Part shown: one piece after another, positions 26,963-39,365 of the stretch
Layout: the number at the start of each line of letters is the position of its first letter
Position numbering within the stretch: position 1 is the first letter of the stretch
Assembly (NCBI GenBank): GCA_964016885.1
Contig: OZ024765.1
Location: 12,152,001-12,216,000 of the forward strand
Direction: 5' to 3'
Length of the DNA: 64,000 nucleotides
From: Eledone cirrhosa
Taxonomy: Eukaryota
Made by a program: the position numbers and the translations under genes
The notes under the pieces: model-generated
Told to the model about the DNA's origin: nothing
Seen by the model: only the letters and a program-made list of their open reading frames with translations
Database searches by the model: none

Positions 26963-27422
26963 ATCATCATCATCATCAACGTTTAACGTCCGTGTTCCAC
27001 GCTTGCATGGGTTTGGACTGGGGTAGTCCCACTTGAGGCAAGAGTGATTGTCTTGCTCGCATAGGACTGTCTGGCAGGTTTTCTACAGTTGGATGCCCTT
27101 CCTAACACCAACCACATTTACAGTGTGGGTCTGGGAGGTTTTTACCGTGTTGCCTACACGGCCACATTACAGTGTGGACTGTGTGTTTTTTTGTCGTGAC
27201 ACCTACACGATCTCATTTGTTTCGGCCTGGATGGCGCGGCACCAACATAACTTTACATAGAACGGGGTGGTGTGGATGGGGTGGGGGGTGGTGGTGGTGG
27301 GGTGGGGGTGGGGGGTGGATGGACGGGGTGTATTTTGTTAGAGATGCCTACTGGCTGGAGTAGGTTTTACTATATATTTAGGTAAGGCGGGTCTTCTCTG
27401 TTACTGAGTACCGCCAAAGGTC

Positions 27423-27426
<4 letters not shown>
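26963..27426 (-). mobile_element. RTE-2 3' fragment
   Basis: Highly similar to 15940-16390. Confidence 0.85.
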
Positions 27427-27456
<30 letters not shown>

Positions 27457-27576
27457 CACACACACACACACACATATATACACATACACATATATATATA
27501 TACACACACACACATATATAGATATATATAGATATATATAGTTGAAAATTGCAAACTTGACTGTCACCACACATTA

Positions 27577-27615
27577 TGTACCTGAAGATTGCGAAAGCAT
27601 GAAAGTACTTGTTCA
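27577..27615 (+). ncRNA. Minimal type I hammerhead ribozyme
   Basis: TGTAC-CTGAAGA-T TGC GAAA GCA T-GAAA-GTAC-TT-GTTCA. Stem II has a GNRA loop, stem III is palindromic (AGTACT), and stem I has one mismatch. Confidence 0.8.
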
Positions 27616-28022
27616 ATTAACACTTAACATTTAATATTCCACCATACTATTTCATTCTAATACCATCATAAATGTTAAAGGATTGTAAATAAAACGAGTA
27701 AATCAGACAAAGTTGGAATTCCTTTTATTAATATATATATATATATATATAAATACACACTACGCACACACATATATATATATAGTACATAGTACCTGTT
27801 GAGGTATTCATCCACTTTTATAATTTTTCTCCTTATGTAGAGAACAAAACGTTGAATAATGCTGCTAATTTTAGTGGCAATATCAACATGTTTATAATAA
27901 ACAGCTATTATCTGCGACCTGATTTTGCGTGTGTGTCATTTTAACGGCTTGATCGCATGCGTTGGGCAGGAAGCGAAATATTTACTTACTGTAGGGCTTG
28001 CAACCTTATAGTGTGGAAATAG

Positions 28023-28103
28023 GCTGTCTGAAGATTCATTTCTTTCCATTGGAAATTCTCTGGATTTCCAATCTTTTGGAATGATGAAACCGTCGGTAAC
28101 AGC
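28023..28103 (+). ncRNA. Type I hammerhead ribozyme with extended stem II, in dispersed repeat 27960-28180
   Basis: GCTGT-CTGAAGA-T TCATTT...ATTGGAAAT(tctctgg)ATTTCCAAT...GAATGA T-GAAA-CC GTC GG-TA-ACAGC. Second copy at 60461. Confidence 0.92.
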
Positions 28104-28526
28104 AATAGAACAGGTGATTATTTAAATCGTTTTTTAATTTATTTAGAGAATTATTTGATAACCGCTTGCTCCGCTACTTTTTATATACACACATATATAT
28201 ATCTACCTACCCACACATATATATATATATTATTCCATGTAAAAAAAGACAACATATCAAATGATTATCATGCAACCACTTTGATGCCTTTGAAATGCAC
28301 ATAACAGGATTATATATTAAACAGAGGATGTATGCATAAAACCGTCTCTCTACTTTATAATATATAAAAGAAATAGGAATTCGCTTCAAGCATAGCTTCA
28401 TACAATATGTATAAATATTTTGTATCTCCAAAGAAATACGGTTTTAGGAAGCCGTAGCTATCCAAACACCGGGGGGGGGGGGGCTAACGCCCTCTGGTGA
28501 TGTCCAGCAGAAGCAAGGGGGGGACA

Positions 28527-28570
28527 ACCGTCTATGCATTTCAGGCTTAACTGGCCTTCGACAGGACAGT
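28527..28570 (-). ncRNA. Type I hammerhead with variant core CUGUCGA, in inverted repeat 28500-28647
   Basis: Minus strand: ACTGTC-CTGTCGA-AGGC(cagttaa)GCCT-GAAA-TGCA-TA-GACGGT; palindromic stem III ATGCAT. Confidence 0.78.
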
Positions 28571-28704
28571 CCCTCCCACCGCTTGTGAAGGCCAGTTAAG
28601 CCTGAAATGCATAGACGGTTGTCCGCCCCCTTGCTTCTGCTGGACATATATATAAATCATAAAACATGTCTACAGAATCACAATATAAAATATATACTAT
28701 TTCC

Positions 28705-29197
28705 TCTCCCAATTAGCATAATTAACTATATAAAAATCGAATAGACCAGGCTATAAGAATGAGGCTTCTATGAAGGAATCTCCGACAAATAACCAAAACT
28801 AGTGCTTCGCGTCGGCCGTTGTGGAATATTTATCGAATATTTCGACAGCGTAATCGCCTAGATACAGTCAACTAAGCAGAATTAGGTTTAAAATAAACTA
28901 GGAGAAAATAGAATACATTTAAATACCTCTACCATGGTTTCGTCCGTGTTTTGAGTTTTCCAATAATTATGTAATAATTATATAAACTCAAGCGCCGGAT
29001 TCTTCAGGAAGCTCGCTCATATCTAGACATTAAATTTTCCAAAACGATCGCGCCAAGAATTCATTTCAAAATGGCTAAAAATCGTGACGTAGCCGCGGTC
29101 AAGTTGGAAGGTGTGTGGTAGTTGCTTACAGCTGGTGGCATTTTTGCTAGAAAGCACAGCACAATACAGTCAAATTTTTATCTCAACCTAGTGGGAG
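28705..29197. mobile_element. Possible non-autonomous TIR element
   Basis: Ends TCTCCCAATTAG / CTAGTGGGAGA are imperfect inverted repeats around a relatively CpG-rich interior; single copy in the window. Confidence 0.3.
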
Positions 29198-29324
29198 ATT
29201 ATTACATATAAAAGTTTTCATATATATATATACAATATTTATATATATATATATAATATTTATATATATATATAATATTTATATATATATATATACAGTA
29301 TTTATAAATATATATATAATATTT

Positions 29325-31912
29325 CATCATCATCATCATCATCATCATTTTACGTCCGCTTTTCCCTGCTTGCAAGGGTGGGACGGGTCTTATTCAGCAC
29401 AGCATCTCTCCACTCGTCACGGTCCCTCGTCATCTCCACCGTGAGCTTCAATGATCTGAGGTCTGTTCTCACCACCTCCGCCCATGTTTTTCGTGGTCTA
29501 CCTCTACTACGTCTTCCTTCAACTGGCATTTCCTGGCACTTCTTCACCCATCGGTCATCCTCCATGCGCATCACATGTCCATACCACCTCAGTCTCCTCT
29601 CCCGTACACTACATTCTATCCCTCTCAGACACAGTTTCTCTCTCAACACATTTATGCTGGGTCGTTCACGCACATTTACACTGCACATCCAACGGAGCAT
29701 GCTTGCCTCATTTCTCTCCAGCCGTCGCATATCTTCTGCGGTAGCTGCCCATGTCTCACTACCATGCAGCATCGCGCTCCTCACACAGGCATCATACAAC
29801 CGGCCTTTCGTACGCAGGGAGAAACCCTTCTTCGTCAACAGAGGAAGCAGCTCCCTAAACTTCTTCCAACCCGTCCTTATTCTAGATACTATGGCCTCGG
29901 AACACCCTCCTCCCATGCTAATCTGATCTCCTAGGTACCGGAAGTTATCCACCACTTCTATAGCGCCCTCTCGCATTTGAAAAATGTGTCTATCAGTGCG
30001 ACTTCTACTGTCTAATTTCCCTGTACATCTACTGCATACATATTTCTCCCTACCTGTTAGTTTGCCTGCTATCCCGCTACATCTCTTGTGTACCCAGGAC
30101 CTACATTGTGTGCATTTTATAGAATTTATGCCAGTTCCTTTTCTGCATATCGAACATGGCCATTTCCCTGACGGAATCAGGGTTTTGTCCTCTTTTCTAC
30201 TCATCAACACTTTTGTCTTAGCTAGATTTACTCTCAGTCCTCTTGCTTCCAACTGCTGTTTCCATAGCCGGAATTTATTCTCTAGCTCCTCTACTGATTC
30301 TGCCATAAGAGCCAGATCGTCAGCATAGAGAAGTTCCCATGGACAGCCAGTCTTAAACTCCTCTGTTATGGCTTGGAGGACTATAATGAACAAGAGCGGG
30401 CTGAGGACCGAACCCTGATGTACTCCTACTTGTATCTGGAATTCCTCACTAAACTCCATTCCTACCCTGACTTTACTGAGAGTACCTCTGTACAAAGTTT
30501 GCACTGTCCTTACAAGCCATTCCTCAACACCCAGCTTCCTTAGGGACCACCAGATGACAGATCGGGGTACCCTATCAAAGGCCTTCTCTAGGTCAACAAA
30601 GGCCAAGTATAGTGGCTTATTCTTCTCTAAGAACCTCTCTTGCATTTGTCTCACCAAGAAGAGGGCATCTGTTGTACTCTTCCCAGGCACAAAACCAAAC
30701 TGCATCTCATCTAGTTTGACCCTTTCTCTAATTAGTTGTGCTAAAATCCTTTCTGCCACTTTCATAACCTGATCTATCAGTTTTATACCCCTATAATTGC
30801 TCCTCTCCAAAGCATCCCCTTTACCTTTGTAGCAATTTATGAGAATACTGCTGCACCAGTCTTTGGGTATGACACCACCATATATAGCCTGATTGATTAT
30901 GCGTGCAACCAGTTTAGTGCCTACGTCCCCTGATGCCTTCAGCATCTCAGCAACTATTCCCGATGGTCCGGCCGCCTTACCATTTTTCATTTCCCTAATC
31001 GCCTCTTGGACCCTATATTCGTCAATCTCAATAGCTGGTCCCTCTGTCGGATCTACCAAGGGTAATTTCTCTCTCTCCCATTCGTTCTCCACATTCATCA
31101 GTCTCTCATAATGGCATTTCCAGGCCTCCTTTTTCTGGTCATTCGTGACACTAAGTACACCGGCATCATCCCGGACACATTTATCACCAACAACATCCTG
31201 ATTTGCATTGACACACTGCCTTGCAATGTGGAACACCGCACGCCTCTGATCTTCCCGTCGCAGAACATTGGCAAACCTCCTACTCTCTGCCTCCCTGCGT
31301 GCTAAGTACACCTGACGTCTAGCTTCTCTCTTAGTGGCTGTATATTCTTCCCTACTCCCACCCTTATTCCAAGCCTTCCATGCTAGTCTTTTGTCTCTAA
31401 TAGCCTTATCTACACTGCTGTTCCACCACCAGGTCACTCTCTGTCTGGTTGGGGCTCTGCTCCAGCCACAAGTTTCATCAGTAGCCTTCAGCAAGTTGTC
31501 ACGTAAGAACTTCCAGTTATTATCTATGTCATACGTCTCTAAATCGTCTTCTTTTTCGTCATATACATCTTGAAGGGCTTTCCTAAATTTGAATTTTAGT
31601 GAAAGGTCTTTTAGCTTCCAGACCTTTCTTCTCCACACCTTCCTATATGGCTCATTCCATCTCTTGCTTACTGAGATATCACTAACAACTAACCTATGCT
31701 GTGGGGTACATTCTTCCCCAGGGTATGCCTTGGTATTAGACACTATCTGCCTGTCCCGCTGCCTAACTAGCAGGAAGTCAATCTGGCTTATGTGCTCACC
31801 AGATTTGTAGGTTATTAGGTGATTGGCAGGTTTCTGGAAGTTTGTGTTGCAAATAGTCAATGTACTTGCATCACAAAATTCAAGAAGTCTCACTCCTTCT
31901 TCATTTCTTGAA
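29325..31912 (-). mobile_element. RTE-clade LINE (RTE-1), 5' truncated, (ATG)n tail, inserted in a TA-rich satellite
   Basis: Uninterrupted ORF; the stop codon is immediately followed by (ATG)n, so there is essentially no 3'UTR. Confidence 0.97.
29350..31893 (-). CDS. RTE polyprotein fragment: APE endonuclease C-terminus, reverse transcriptase, PHD finger
   Basis: APE motifs SQIDFLL and PQHRLV; RT motifs QFGF, FVDLEKAFD, GVHQGSVLSP, LLYADD; RTE C-terminus RRLRWYGHV..GRPRKTW. The listed start is not the true start. Confidence 0.96.
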   Translation of the reverse strand: MRLLEFCDASTLTICNTNFQKPANHLITYKSGEHISQIDFLLVRQRDRQIVSNTKAYPGEECTPQHRLVVSDISVSKRWNEPYRKVWRRKVWKLKDLSLKFKFRKALQDVYDEKEDDLETYDIDNNWKFLRDNLLKATDETCGWSRAPTRQRVTWWWNSSVDKAIRDKRLAWKAWNKGGSREEYTATKREARRQVYLARREAESRRFANVLRREDQRRAVFHIARQCVNANQDVVGDKCVRDDAGVLSVTNDQKKEAWKCHYERLMNVENEWEREKLPLVDPTEGPAIEIDEYRVQEAIREMKNGKAAGPSGIVAEMLKASGDVGTKLVARIINQAIYGGVIPKDWCSSILINCYKGKGDALERSNYRGIKLIDQVMKVAERILAQLIRERVKLDEMQFGFVPGKSTTDALFLVRQMQERFLEKNKPLYLAFVDLEKAFDRVPRSVIWWSLRKLGVEEWLVRTVQTLYRGTLSKVRVGMEFSEEFQIQVGVHQGSVLSPLLFIIVLQAITEEFKTGCPWELLYADDLALMAESVEELENKFRLWKQQLEARGLRVNLAKTKVLMSRKEDKTLIPSGKWPCSICRKGTGINSIKCTQCRSWVHKRCSGIAGKLTGREKYVCSRCTGKLDSRSRTDRHIFQMREGAIEVVDNFRYLGDQISMGGGCSEAIVSRIRTGWKKFRELLPLLTKKGFSLRTKGRLYDACVRSAMLHGSETWAATAEDMRRLERNEASMLRWMCSVNVRERPSINVLREKLCLRGIECSVRERRLRWYGHVMRMEDDRWVKKCQEMPVEGRRSRGRPRKTWAEVVRTDLRSLKLTVEMTRDRDEWRDAVLNKTRPTLASREKRT

Positions 31913-32120
31913 AATTTATATATATATATACATAATATTTATATATATATATATATAATATTTATATATATATATACATAATATTTATATATATATACAA
32001 TATTTATATATATATATATATAATATTTATATATATATATATATAATATTTATATATATATATATATATTTATATATATAATATTTATATATATATATAT
32101 ATTTATATATATATAATATT

Positions 32121-32152
<32 letters not shown>

Positions 32153-32449
32153 ATATTTATATATATATATATAATTTATATATTTAATATTTATATAATT
32201 TATATAATTTATATAATTTATATAATATTTATATATATATATATTTATATAATATCTATATATATATATATTTATATATATATAATATTTATATATATAT
32301 ATATAATATTTATATATATATATATAATATTTATATATATATAAATACATATATATATACAATATTTATATATATATATTTAACATTTATATATATCTAT
32401 AATATTTATATATATATATATATATTTATATATATACATATATAATATT

Positions 32450-32480
<31 letters not shown>

Positions 32481-32878
32481 ACAATATTTATATATATATA
32501 TATAATATTTATGTCTATATATACATAATATTTATATATATATATATATAATATTTATATATATATATAATATTTATATATATATATATAATATTTATAT
32601 ATATATACAATATTTATATAAATATATATATATAATAGTTATATATATATATATACAATATTTATATATATATATATTTGTATATATATATATACAATAT
32701 TTATATATATATAATAGTTATATATATATATATACAATATTTATATATATATAATAGTTATATATATATATACAATATTTATATATGTATATATATATAT
32801 AATATTTATATATATATTATTTATATATATATATATATTATTTATATATATATGTATATATATAATATTTATATATAC
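31913..32878. repeat. TA-rich compound microsatellite (TATAATATT units)
   Basis: Direct inspection; the same repeat type continues on the other side of the LINE at 29220-29324. Confidence 0.95.
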
Positions 32879-33224
32879 AGACAGACAGACAGACAGACAG
32901 ATGCCTTATTATATATAACAACAAACTTTGTATTGTGAATTGACTGACTGGATGTTAATCATAGGAAAATATATCAAGAGGAATCAGAGTGTAAATTAGA
33001 TAATTAGCAAGAAAAATGAGGCGAGGAATTATCTAATTTAGCCATGACTTACTTAAAAACATTTAGCAGTAACAACAGGCAGCCACTATAATCCCTCTTA
33101 TCTTGCTAGAAGTATTGTTATCAAAACATTTTGAAAATAATCAAGAATTTGTAGGGATTTAGTAATATAGGTGACTTTCTCTTTATAATGCTGGTGTTTG
33201 GAACATAACTTAACAAAGGTCGTT

Positions 33225-34060
33225 AGATAGAAGGGGTGGAAATGTTTTCAGATAAGTACCAAACGAAGTTTCTTATACAAAAGTGGAGGAAGATTTTCAG
33301 ATAAGTACCAAACAAAGGTTCTTATACAAAAGTGGTGGAAGATTTTCAGATAAGTACCAAACAAAGGTTCTTATACAAAAGTGGAGGAAGATTTTTCAGA
33401 TAAGTACCAAACAAAGGTTCTTATGCAGAAGTGGTGGAAGATTTTCAGATAAGTACCAAACAAAGGTTCTTATACACAAGTGGTGGAAATTTTTTCAGAT
33501 AAGTACCAAACGAAGTTTCTTATACAGAAGTGGTGGAAGATTTTCAGATAAGTACCAAACAAAGGTTCTTATACACAAGTGGTGGAAGATTTTCAGATAA
33601 GTACCAAACAAAGGTTCTTATACAAAAGTGGTGGAAGATTTTTAGATAAGTACCAAACAAAGGTTCTTATACACAAGTGGTGGAAATTTTTTCAGATAAG
33701 TACCAAACGAAGTTTCTTATACAGAAGTGGTGGAAGATTTTCAGATAAGTACCAAACAAAGGTTCTTATACACAAGTGGTGGAAATTTTTTCAGATAAGT
33801 ACCAAACAAAGGTTCTTATACACAAGTGGTGGAAATTTTTTCAGATAAGTACCAAACGAAGTTTCTTATACACAAGTGGTGGAAGATTTTCAGATAAGTA
33901 CCAAACAAAGGTTCTTATACAAAAGTGGTGGAAGATTTTTAGATAAGTACCAAACAAAGGTTCTTATACAAATGTGGTGGAAGATTTTCAGATAAATACA
34001 AAACAAAGGTTCTTATACAGAAGTGATGGAAGATTTCCTGATAAATTTCAGATAAATACC
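33225..34060. repeat. 49-50 bp minisatellite (about 16 units)
   Basis: ttttcagataagtaccaaacaaaggttcttatacaaaagtggtggaaga repeated. Confidence 0.95.
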
Positions 34061-34269
34061 AACTTTTTAACCATTTTCTTACCATATGTAATTTACATTA
34101 CTCTATACGTACTCTATTTACATTACTCTATACGTGCTCTATTTACATTACTCTATCCTTACTCTATACTTACTATTGTATTTTTATGGTAAAGGCTTTA
34201 TCTTACAGTACCTTATAGTACCAGGACAACCACCTAATAGAGTGGAGTTGGTACTTTCCCTTATAGTAC

Positions 34270-34590
34270 TACCATTGCATACAAACCTAGTCAGTAGGCA
34301 CCTCTTTACCCAATGTACACCCCACCCCACACACCCTACCCCATCCTCCCTTTTCCGTTCCATCCACTGTGTTGATGACACAACAGTCCACACTGTAAGG
34401 TGGTTGTGCAGGAGACACGGCAAAAAGGCTCCCAGCACTCACTGTAAATGTGGTTGGTGTTAGGAAGGGCATCCAGCCGTAAAAAAACCTGCCAGTGACA
34501 CTTTCGTACGAGTGAGACATGGTCTCCCAACCACTCCCGCATCAAATGGAACAAAACCGTCTAACTCATGCTAGCGTGGAAGATGGACAT
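34270..34590 (+). mobile_element. RTE-2 3'UTR fragment whose tail TTAA was the MITE target
   Basis: Ends ggacatta|MITE|ttaaacgatgatgatg (36240-36262). Confidence 0.8.
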
Positions 34591-34593
34591 TAC

Positions 34594-36239
34594 CCCTTTA
34601 GCATTTACATTACTTTATATATACTATTGTATTTTCATGGTAAACACTTTACCTCACATAACATTTACATTACTTTATATATACTATTGTATTTTCATGG
34701 TAAACACTTTACCTCACATAACACTTACATTACTTTATATATACTATTGTATTTTCATGGTAAACACTTTACCTCACATAACACTTACATTACTTTATAT
34801 ATACTATTGTATTTTCATGGTAAACACTTTACCTCACATAACACTTACATTACTTTATATATACTATTGTATTTTCATGGTAAACACTTTACCTCACATA
34901 ATATTTACATTACTTTATATATACTATTGTATTTTCATGGTAAACACTTTACCTCACATAACACTTACATTACTTTATATATACTATTGTATTTTCATGG
35001 TAAACACTTTACCTCACATAATATTTACATTACTTTATATATACTATTGTATTTTCATGGTAAACACTTTACCTCACATAACACTTACATTACTTTATAT
35101 ATACTATTGTATTTTCATGGTAAACACTTTACCTCACATAATATTTACATTACTTTATATATACTATTGTATTTTCATGGTAAACACTTTACCTCACATA
35201 ACACTTACATTACTTTATATATACTATTGTATTTTCATGGTAAACACTTTACCTCACATAACATTTACATTACTTTATATATACTATTGTATTTTCATGG
35301 TAAACACTTTACCTCACATAACACTTACATTACTTTATATATACTATTGTATTTTCATGGTAAACACTTTACCTCACATAACACTTACATTACTTTATAT
35401 ATACTATTGTATTTTCATGGTAAACACTTTACCTCACATAACACTTACATTACTTTATATATACTATTGTATTTTCATGGTAAACACTTTACCTCACATA
35501 ACATTTACATTACTTTATATATACCATTGTATTTTCATGGTAAACACTTTACCTCACATAACATTTACATTACTTTATATATACTATTGTATTTTCATGG
35601 TAAACACTTTACCTCACATAACACTTACATTACTTTATATATACTATTGTATTTTCATGGTAAACACTTTACCTCACATAACACTTACATTACTTTATAT
35701 ATACTATTGTATTTTCATGGTAAACACTTTACCTCACATAACATTTACATTACTTTATATATACTATTGTATTTTCATGGTAAACACTTTACCTCACATA
35801 ACACTTACATTACTTTATATATACTATTGTATTTTCATGGTAAACACTTTACCTCACATAACACTTACATTACTTTATATATACTATTGTATTTTCATGG
35901 TAAACACTTTACCTCACATAACATTTACATTACTTTATATATACTATTGTATTTTCATGGTAAACACTTTACCTCACATAACACATACATTACTTTATAT
36001 ATACTATTGTATTTTCATGGTAAACACTTTACCTCACATAACACTTACATTACTTTATATATACTATTGTATTTTCATGGTAAACACTTTATTTCACATA
36101 ATTATCTCACCTAGATTTTGATGATATTTATTTTGAGAAAAATACCTTAACATAAGTATGAGTAGCCATTTACAGCCAGTTTGAACAGAAAGAGGTAAGA
36201 GAATTCTGGCCGGATACAGCCGGTTTGAATGCTAAACAG
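34594..36239 (-). mobile_element. piggyBac-type MITE with internal 60 bp segment amplified about 25 times
   Basis: CCCTTTAGCATT start and AATGCTAAACAG|TTAA end; the 60 bp unit matches the MITE interior; array about 34602-36100. Confidence 0.9.
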
Positions 36240-36770
36240 TTAAACGATGATGATGATGATGAAAGGTAAAACTGATTTCAGCTGGATTTGAACACAGAGC
36301 GCAGTAAACTGAAACAAATACCAAGGCACGTTTAATCTGACACCCTAAAGACTCTCTCCATTAAGCTGACTTAACAACCACAAACATTCCTCAATTTCTT
36401 TTAATTTAAATTATCAAAATAGAAAATATATCTCCAGACATAAACATGATGAATTAATATGGTAACATGAAAAAATTAATTTACTCTTTACTTCACATGA
36501 TAAATTTTATCATGGAAAAAATGTTAACGATAATAGCCATATGATGATAATTAATTTAAACAGCGAGATAGCAATTAATTACGTGTCAATTTAGCAGTAT
36601 CATTAGAACATTGAATGATATCTATGCCTTGTGGTATTCATTCTAGCTCTCTGAGTTTAAATCCTGCTGAAGTCAACTTTGCTTTTCATTCAGTCAAGGT
36701 TGATAGGGAAAAGTACCAGTTTAGTACTGTTTTTTGCCTGTCCATTCAGTCTTTCTAGTTTCTCAGTCTT

Positions 36771-36806
36771 TCTTCTAATGAAGGACTAGCGTCTGAAACG
36801 TTAAGA
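36771..36806 (+). ncRNA. Minimal hammerhead, degenerate core CUAAUGA
   Basis: TCTT-CTAATGA-A GGAC TAGC GTCT-GAAAC-GTT-AAGA; family of 61336 and 50495. Confidence 0.7.
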
Positions 36807-36903
36807 TCTCTTCCTGCTATTTCAAGTATTAAACTAATATATTCTTTCCATATACTGTACCATTTGTGTTGTTGTTTCTGTTTACCTTTACTTTAATACA
36901 CGG

Positions 36904-36949
<46 letters not shown>

Positions 36950-36951
<2 letters not shown>

Positions 36952-37130
36952 CAAAGGAAATGTGGTAAGGAACTAGATGGACCATAATGCACCAGAGTAC
37001 TCAATACTTAGAGTGGTAGAGTGGGAAATAGGAAAAAGTATGACCCCGACGGCAGAGCTCAAGCCGTTTCGACGGCTATTTCAGAAATAGCCGTCGAAAC
37101 GGCTTGAGCTCTGCCGTCGGGGTCATACTT

Positions 37131-37135
<5 letters not shown>
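36950..37135. mobile_element. TA-inserted palindromic mini-element, family P
   Basis: Perfect arms gaaaaagtatgaccccgacggcagagctcaagccgtttcgacggctatttc / reverse complement, with a 1 nt spacer. Confidence 0.88.
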
Positions 37136-37203
<68 letters not shown>

Positions 37204-37284
37204 CAGATAAAATTCCGTTATAATGAATACCGCTCGATTTGTTTCGGTCGATCTTGTTATAAAGAATTTTTTGTTACAACGAAA

Positions 37285-37374
37285 GACCGTGACAAGTGGG
37301 AGAGATGCTGTGCTGAATAGGACCCGTCCAACCCTTGCAAGCAGGGAAAAGAGGACATAAAATGATGATGATGA
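37285..37374 (+). mobile_element. RTE-1 extreme 3' fragment
   Basis: Matches the reverse complement of 29325-29424. Confidence 0.85.
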
Positions 37375-37515
37375 TATACATACATATATATATTAGGTGA
37401 AACATGTGTCCCCGAAGATGGTTTGCTAATATGTTGTAGAACTAACTTTATACCGAACTCCTCCTATGGACTGAGTGCTCTACCTACTACAGATATAAGT
37501 TCAAAGTATATATAT

Positions 37516-37700
37516 AGGAAAAGAGTCAAGACGCCAACGGCTGAGCTCCAACCGTTTCGACAGCTAGATCCAAACTCAAAACAGCTGGAGCTCAGCCGTC
37601 GCGGTCCTGACTTTTTTCTATTACCCACTCTACTACCCTAAGTATCAAGTACTCTGGTGCTTTATGGTCTACCTGGAATCTTACCCCACTTTCTTTGTTA
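37516..37700. mobile_element. Family P palindromic mini-element
   Basis: ggaaaagagtcaagacgccaacggctgagctcca...tggagctcagccgtcgcggtcctgactttttt plus tail. Confidence 0.75.
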
Positions 37701-37742
37701 TATATATAATTCAAAAACGAAATATATATATATATATATATA

Positions 37743-38092
37743 TCATCATCATCATCATCATCATCATCATTTTATGTCCGCTTTTCCCTGCTTGCAAGGG
37801 TGGGACGGGAGCTGATTCTGGCTTGATTTCTACAGCTGGATGCCCTTCCTAACACCAACCTCATTTACAGTGAGTGCTGGGTGCTTTTTTTGCCGTGGCA
37901 CCTCCACGACCACTTTACAGTGGAATGATAGGGACTGGGGTCCCTATCACCTCATTTCTACAGCTGAGTAAACTGGAACAATGTGAAATAAAGTGTCTTG
38001 CTCAAGGAAACAACACATCACCCGGTCTGAGAATTGAACTCACAACCTTTCGATTGCAAGGCCAATGCTCTAATCACTAAGCCATATGCCTC
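37743..38092 (-). mobile_element. SINE-A, full length
   Basis: A box, B box, core and RTE tail. Confidence 0.92.
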
Positions 38093-38238
38093 CATTGCTC
38101 TAACCACTAAGACATATATATTTCGTTTTTGAAATTGTTTAGCAATATTTCTTATCTGAAAACGCGTTTTATTGGTAGCATGATACTCCCAAAGTATAAC
38201 ATACATACATACATACATATATATAAATACATATACAT

Positions 38239-38296
<58 letters not shown>

Positions 38297-38721
38297 ATGG
38301 ATGAATAGATGAACAGATAGATAGACAGATAGCTAGATATATAAATAGATAGATAGATATAAAGAGATAATGACAAGTGTGTAAAGAGGTAGAGAGAGAT
38401 GGATAGATAAAGAGATAGATAGATAGAGAGGGGAAGAGATAGATAGATAAACATAAAGTGATACAGACATGGGTAGAGAGAGAGAGGAGGATGGATGGAT
38501 ATAAAGAGATAAAGATGTGGGTGTAGAGAGAGATAGAGAGAGAGGGACAGAGAGAGATACATAGAAACAGTGTTAGAAAAAGAGAGACAAAGTGAGATTA
38601 CAAAGTTAGTTTCTCAAATCATTAATATACACATGTTAGAGAGAGAAAACATGTCTATTGATTAACAAATGAGAAATATGAGAACTTAACGAATTCATTA
38701 AACAGAAAAGTAGGATTAACT

Positions 38722-39365
38722 TTGATCTACGTTTGTAACCAGAAGCTCTCTACATTCCAGAACCACATCATAAGACTTATGAGTGGCAAGCGGCTCAGAA
38801 ACCGTATCTGTATCAGTGAGCTGCTCAACATTACCAGATTTAGACCAATTACATCAATTGTCAAGTCAAGAGTACTCAAACTATACGGTCATATAAAAAG
38901 ATCAACTCGTGGTGTGAGTAGGTTATGCCGAGAAGGAAGGTTGGCTGGTAAGAGAAGCAGAGGCTGGCAGCCAAAACAATGGCTTGATAATGTCAACTTA
39001 TGGACTGGACTTGATCTTTGCTCCTTAATCTCTGCTGCTGGTGATTGAAAGGTATTATATATTCCTGGAAGGAAGCTTGGCTGGTAAGAGAAGCAGAGGC
39101 CGGCAAAACAATAGCTTGATAATGTCAACCTATGGAGTGAACTTGATCTTTGCTGTTTGAACTCTGCTACTGGTGATCAAAAGGTATTATATATTCATGA
39201 AGCAAGGTTGGCTGGTAAGAGAAGCAGAAGCCGGCAGCCAAAACGGTGGCTTGATAATGTCAACTTATGTACCGGACTTGATCTTTGCTCTTTAAACTCT
39301 GCTGCTGTGGAGAAAAATATCTCATGTTGATGCGCAGTCTGTAACTGGCGGAGTTTAGCACCAAA
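38722..39365 (+). pseudogene. RTE-like LINE 3' remnant (third lineage) with triplicated end (about 130 bp unit)
   Basis: ...IVKSRVLKLYGHIKRS...EGRLAGKRSRGWQPKQWLDNV is an RTE-type C-terminus; ggttggctggtaagagaagcag recurs three times. Confidence 0.75.

Noticed and set aside
34519-36121. 531/517 aa repeat ORFs or a CRISPR-like array
   Set aside because: A 60 bp tandem of MITE interior with no unique spacers and no cas genes; the sequence is eukaryotic.
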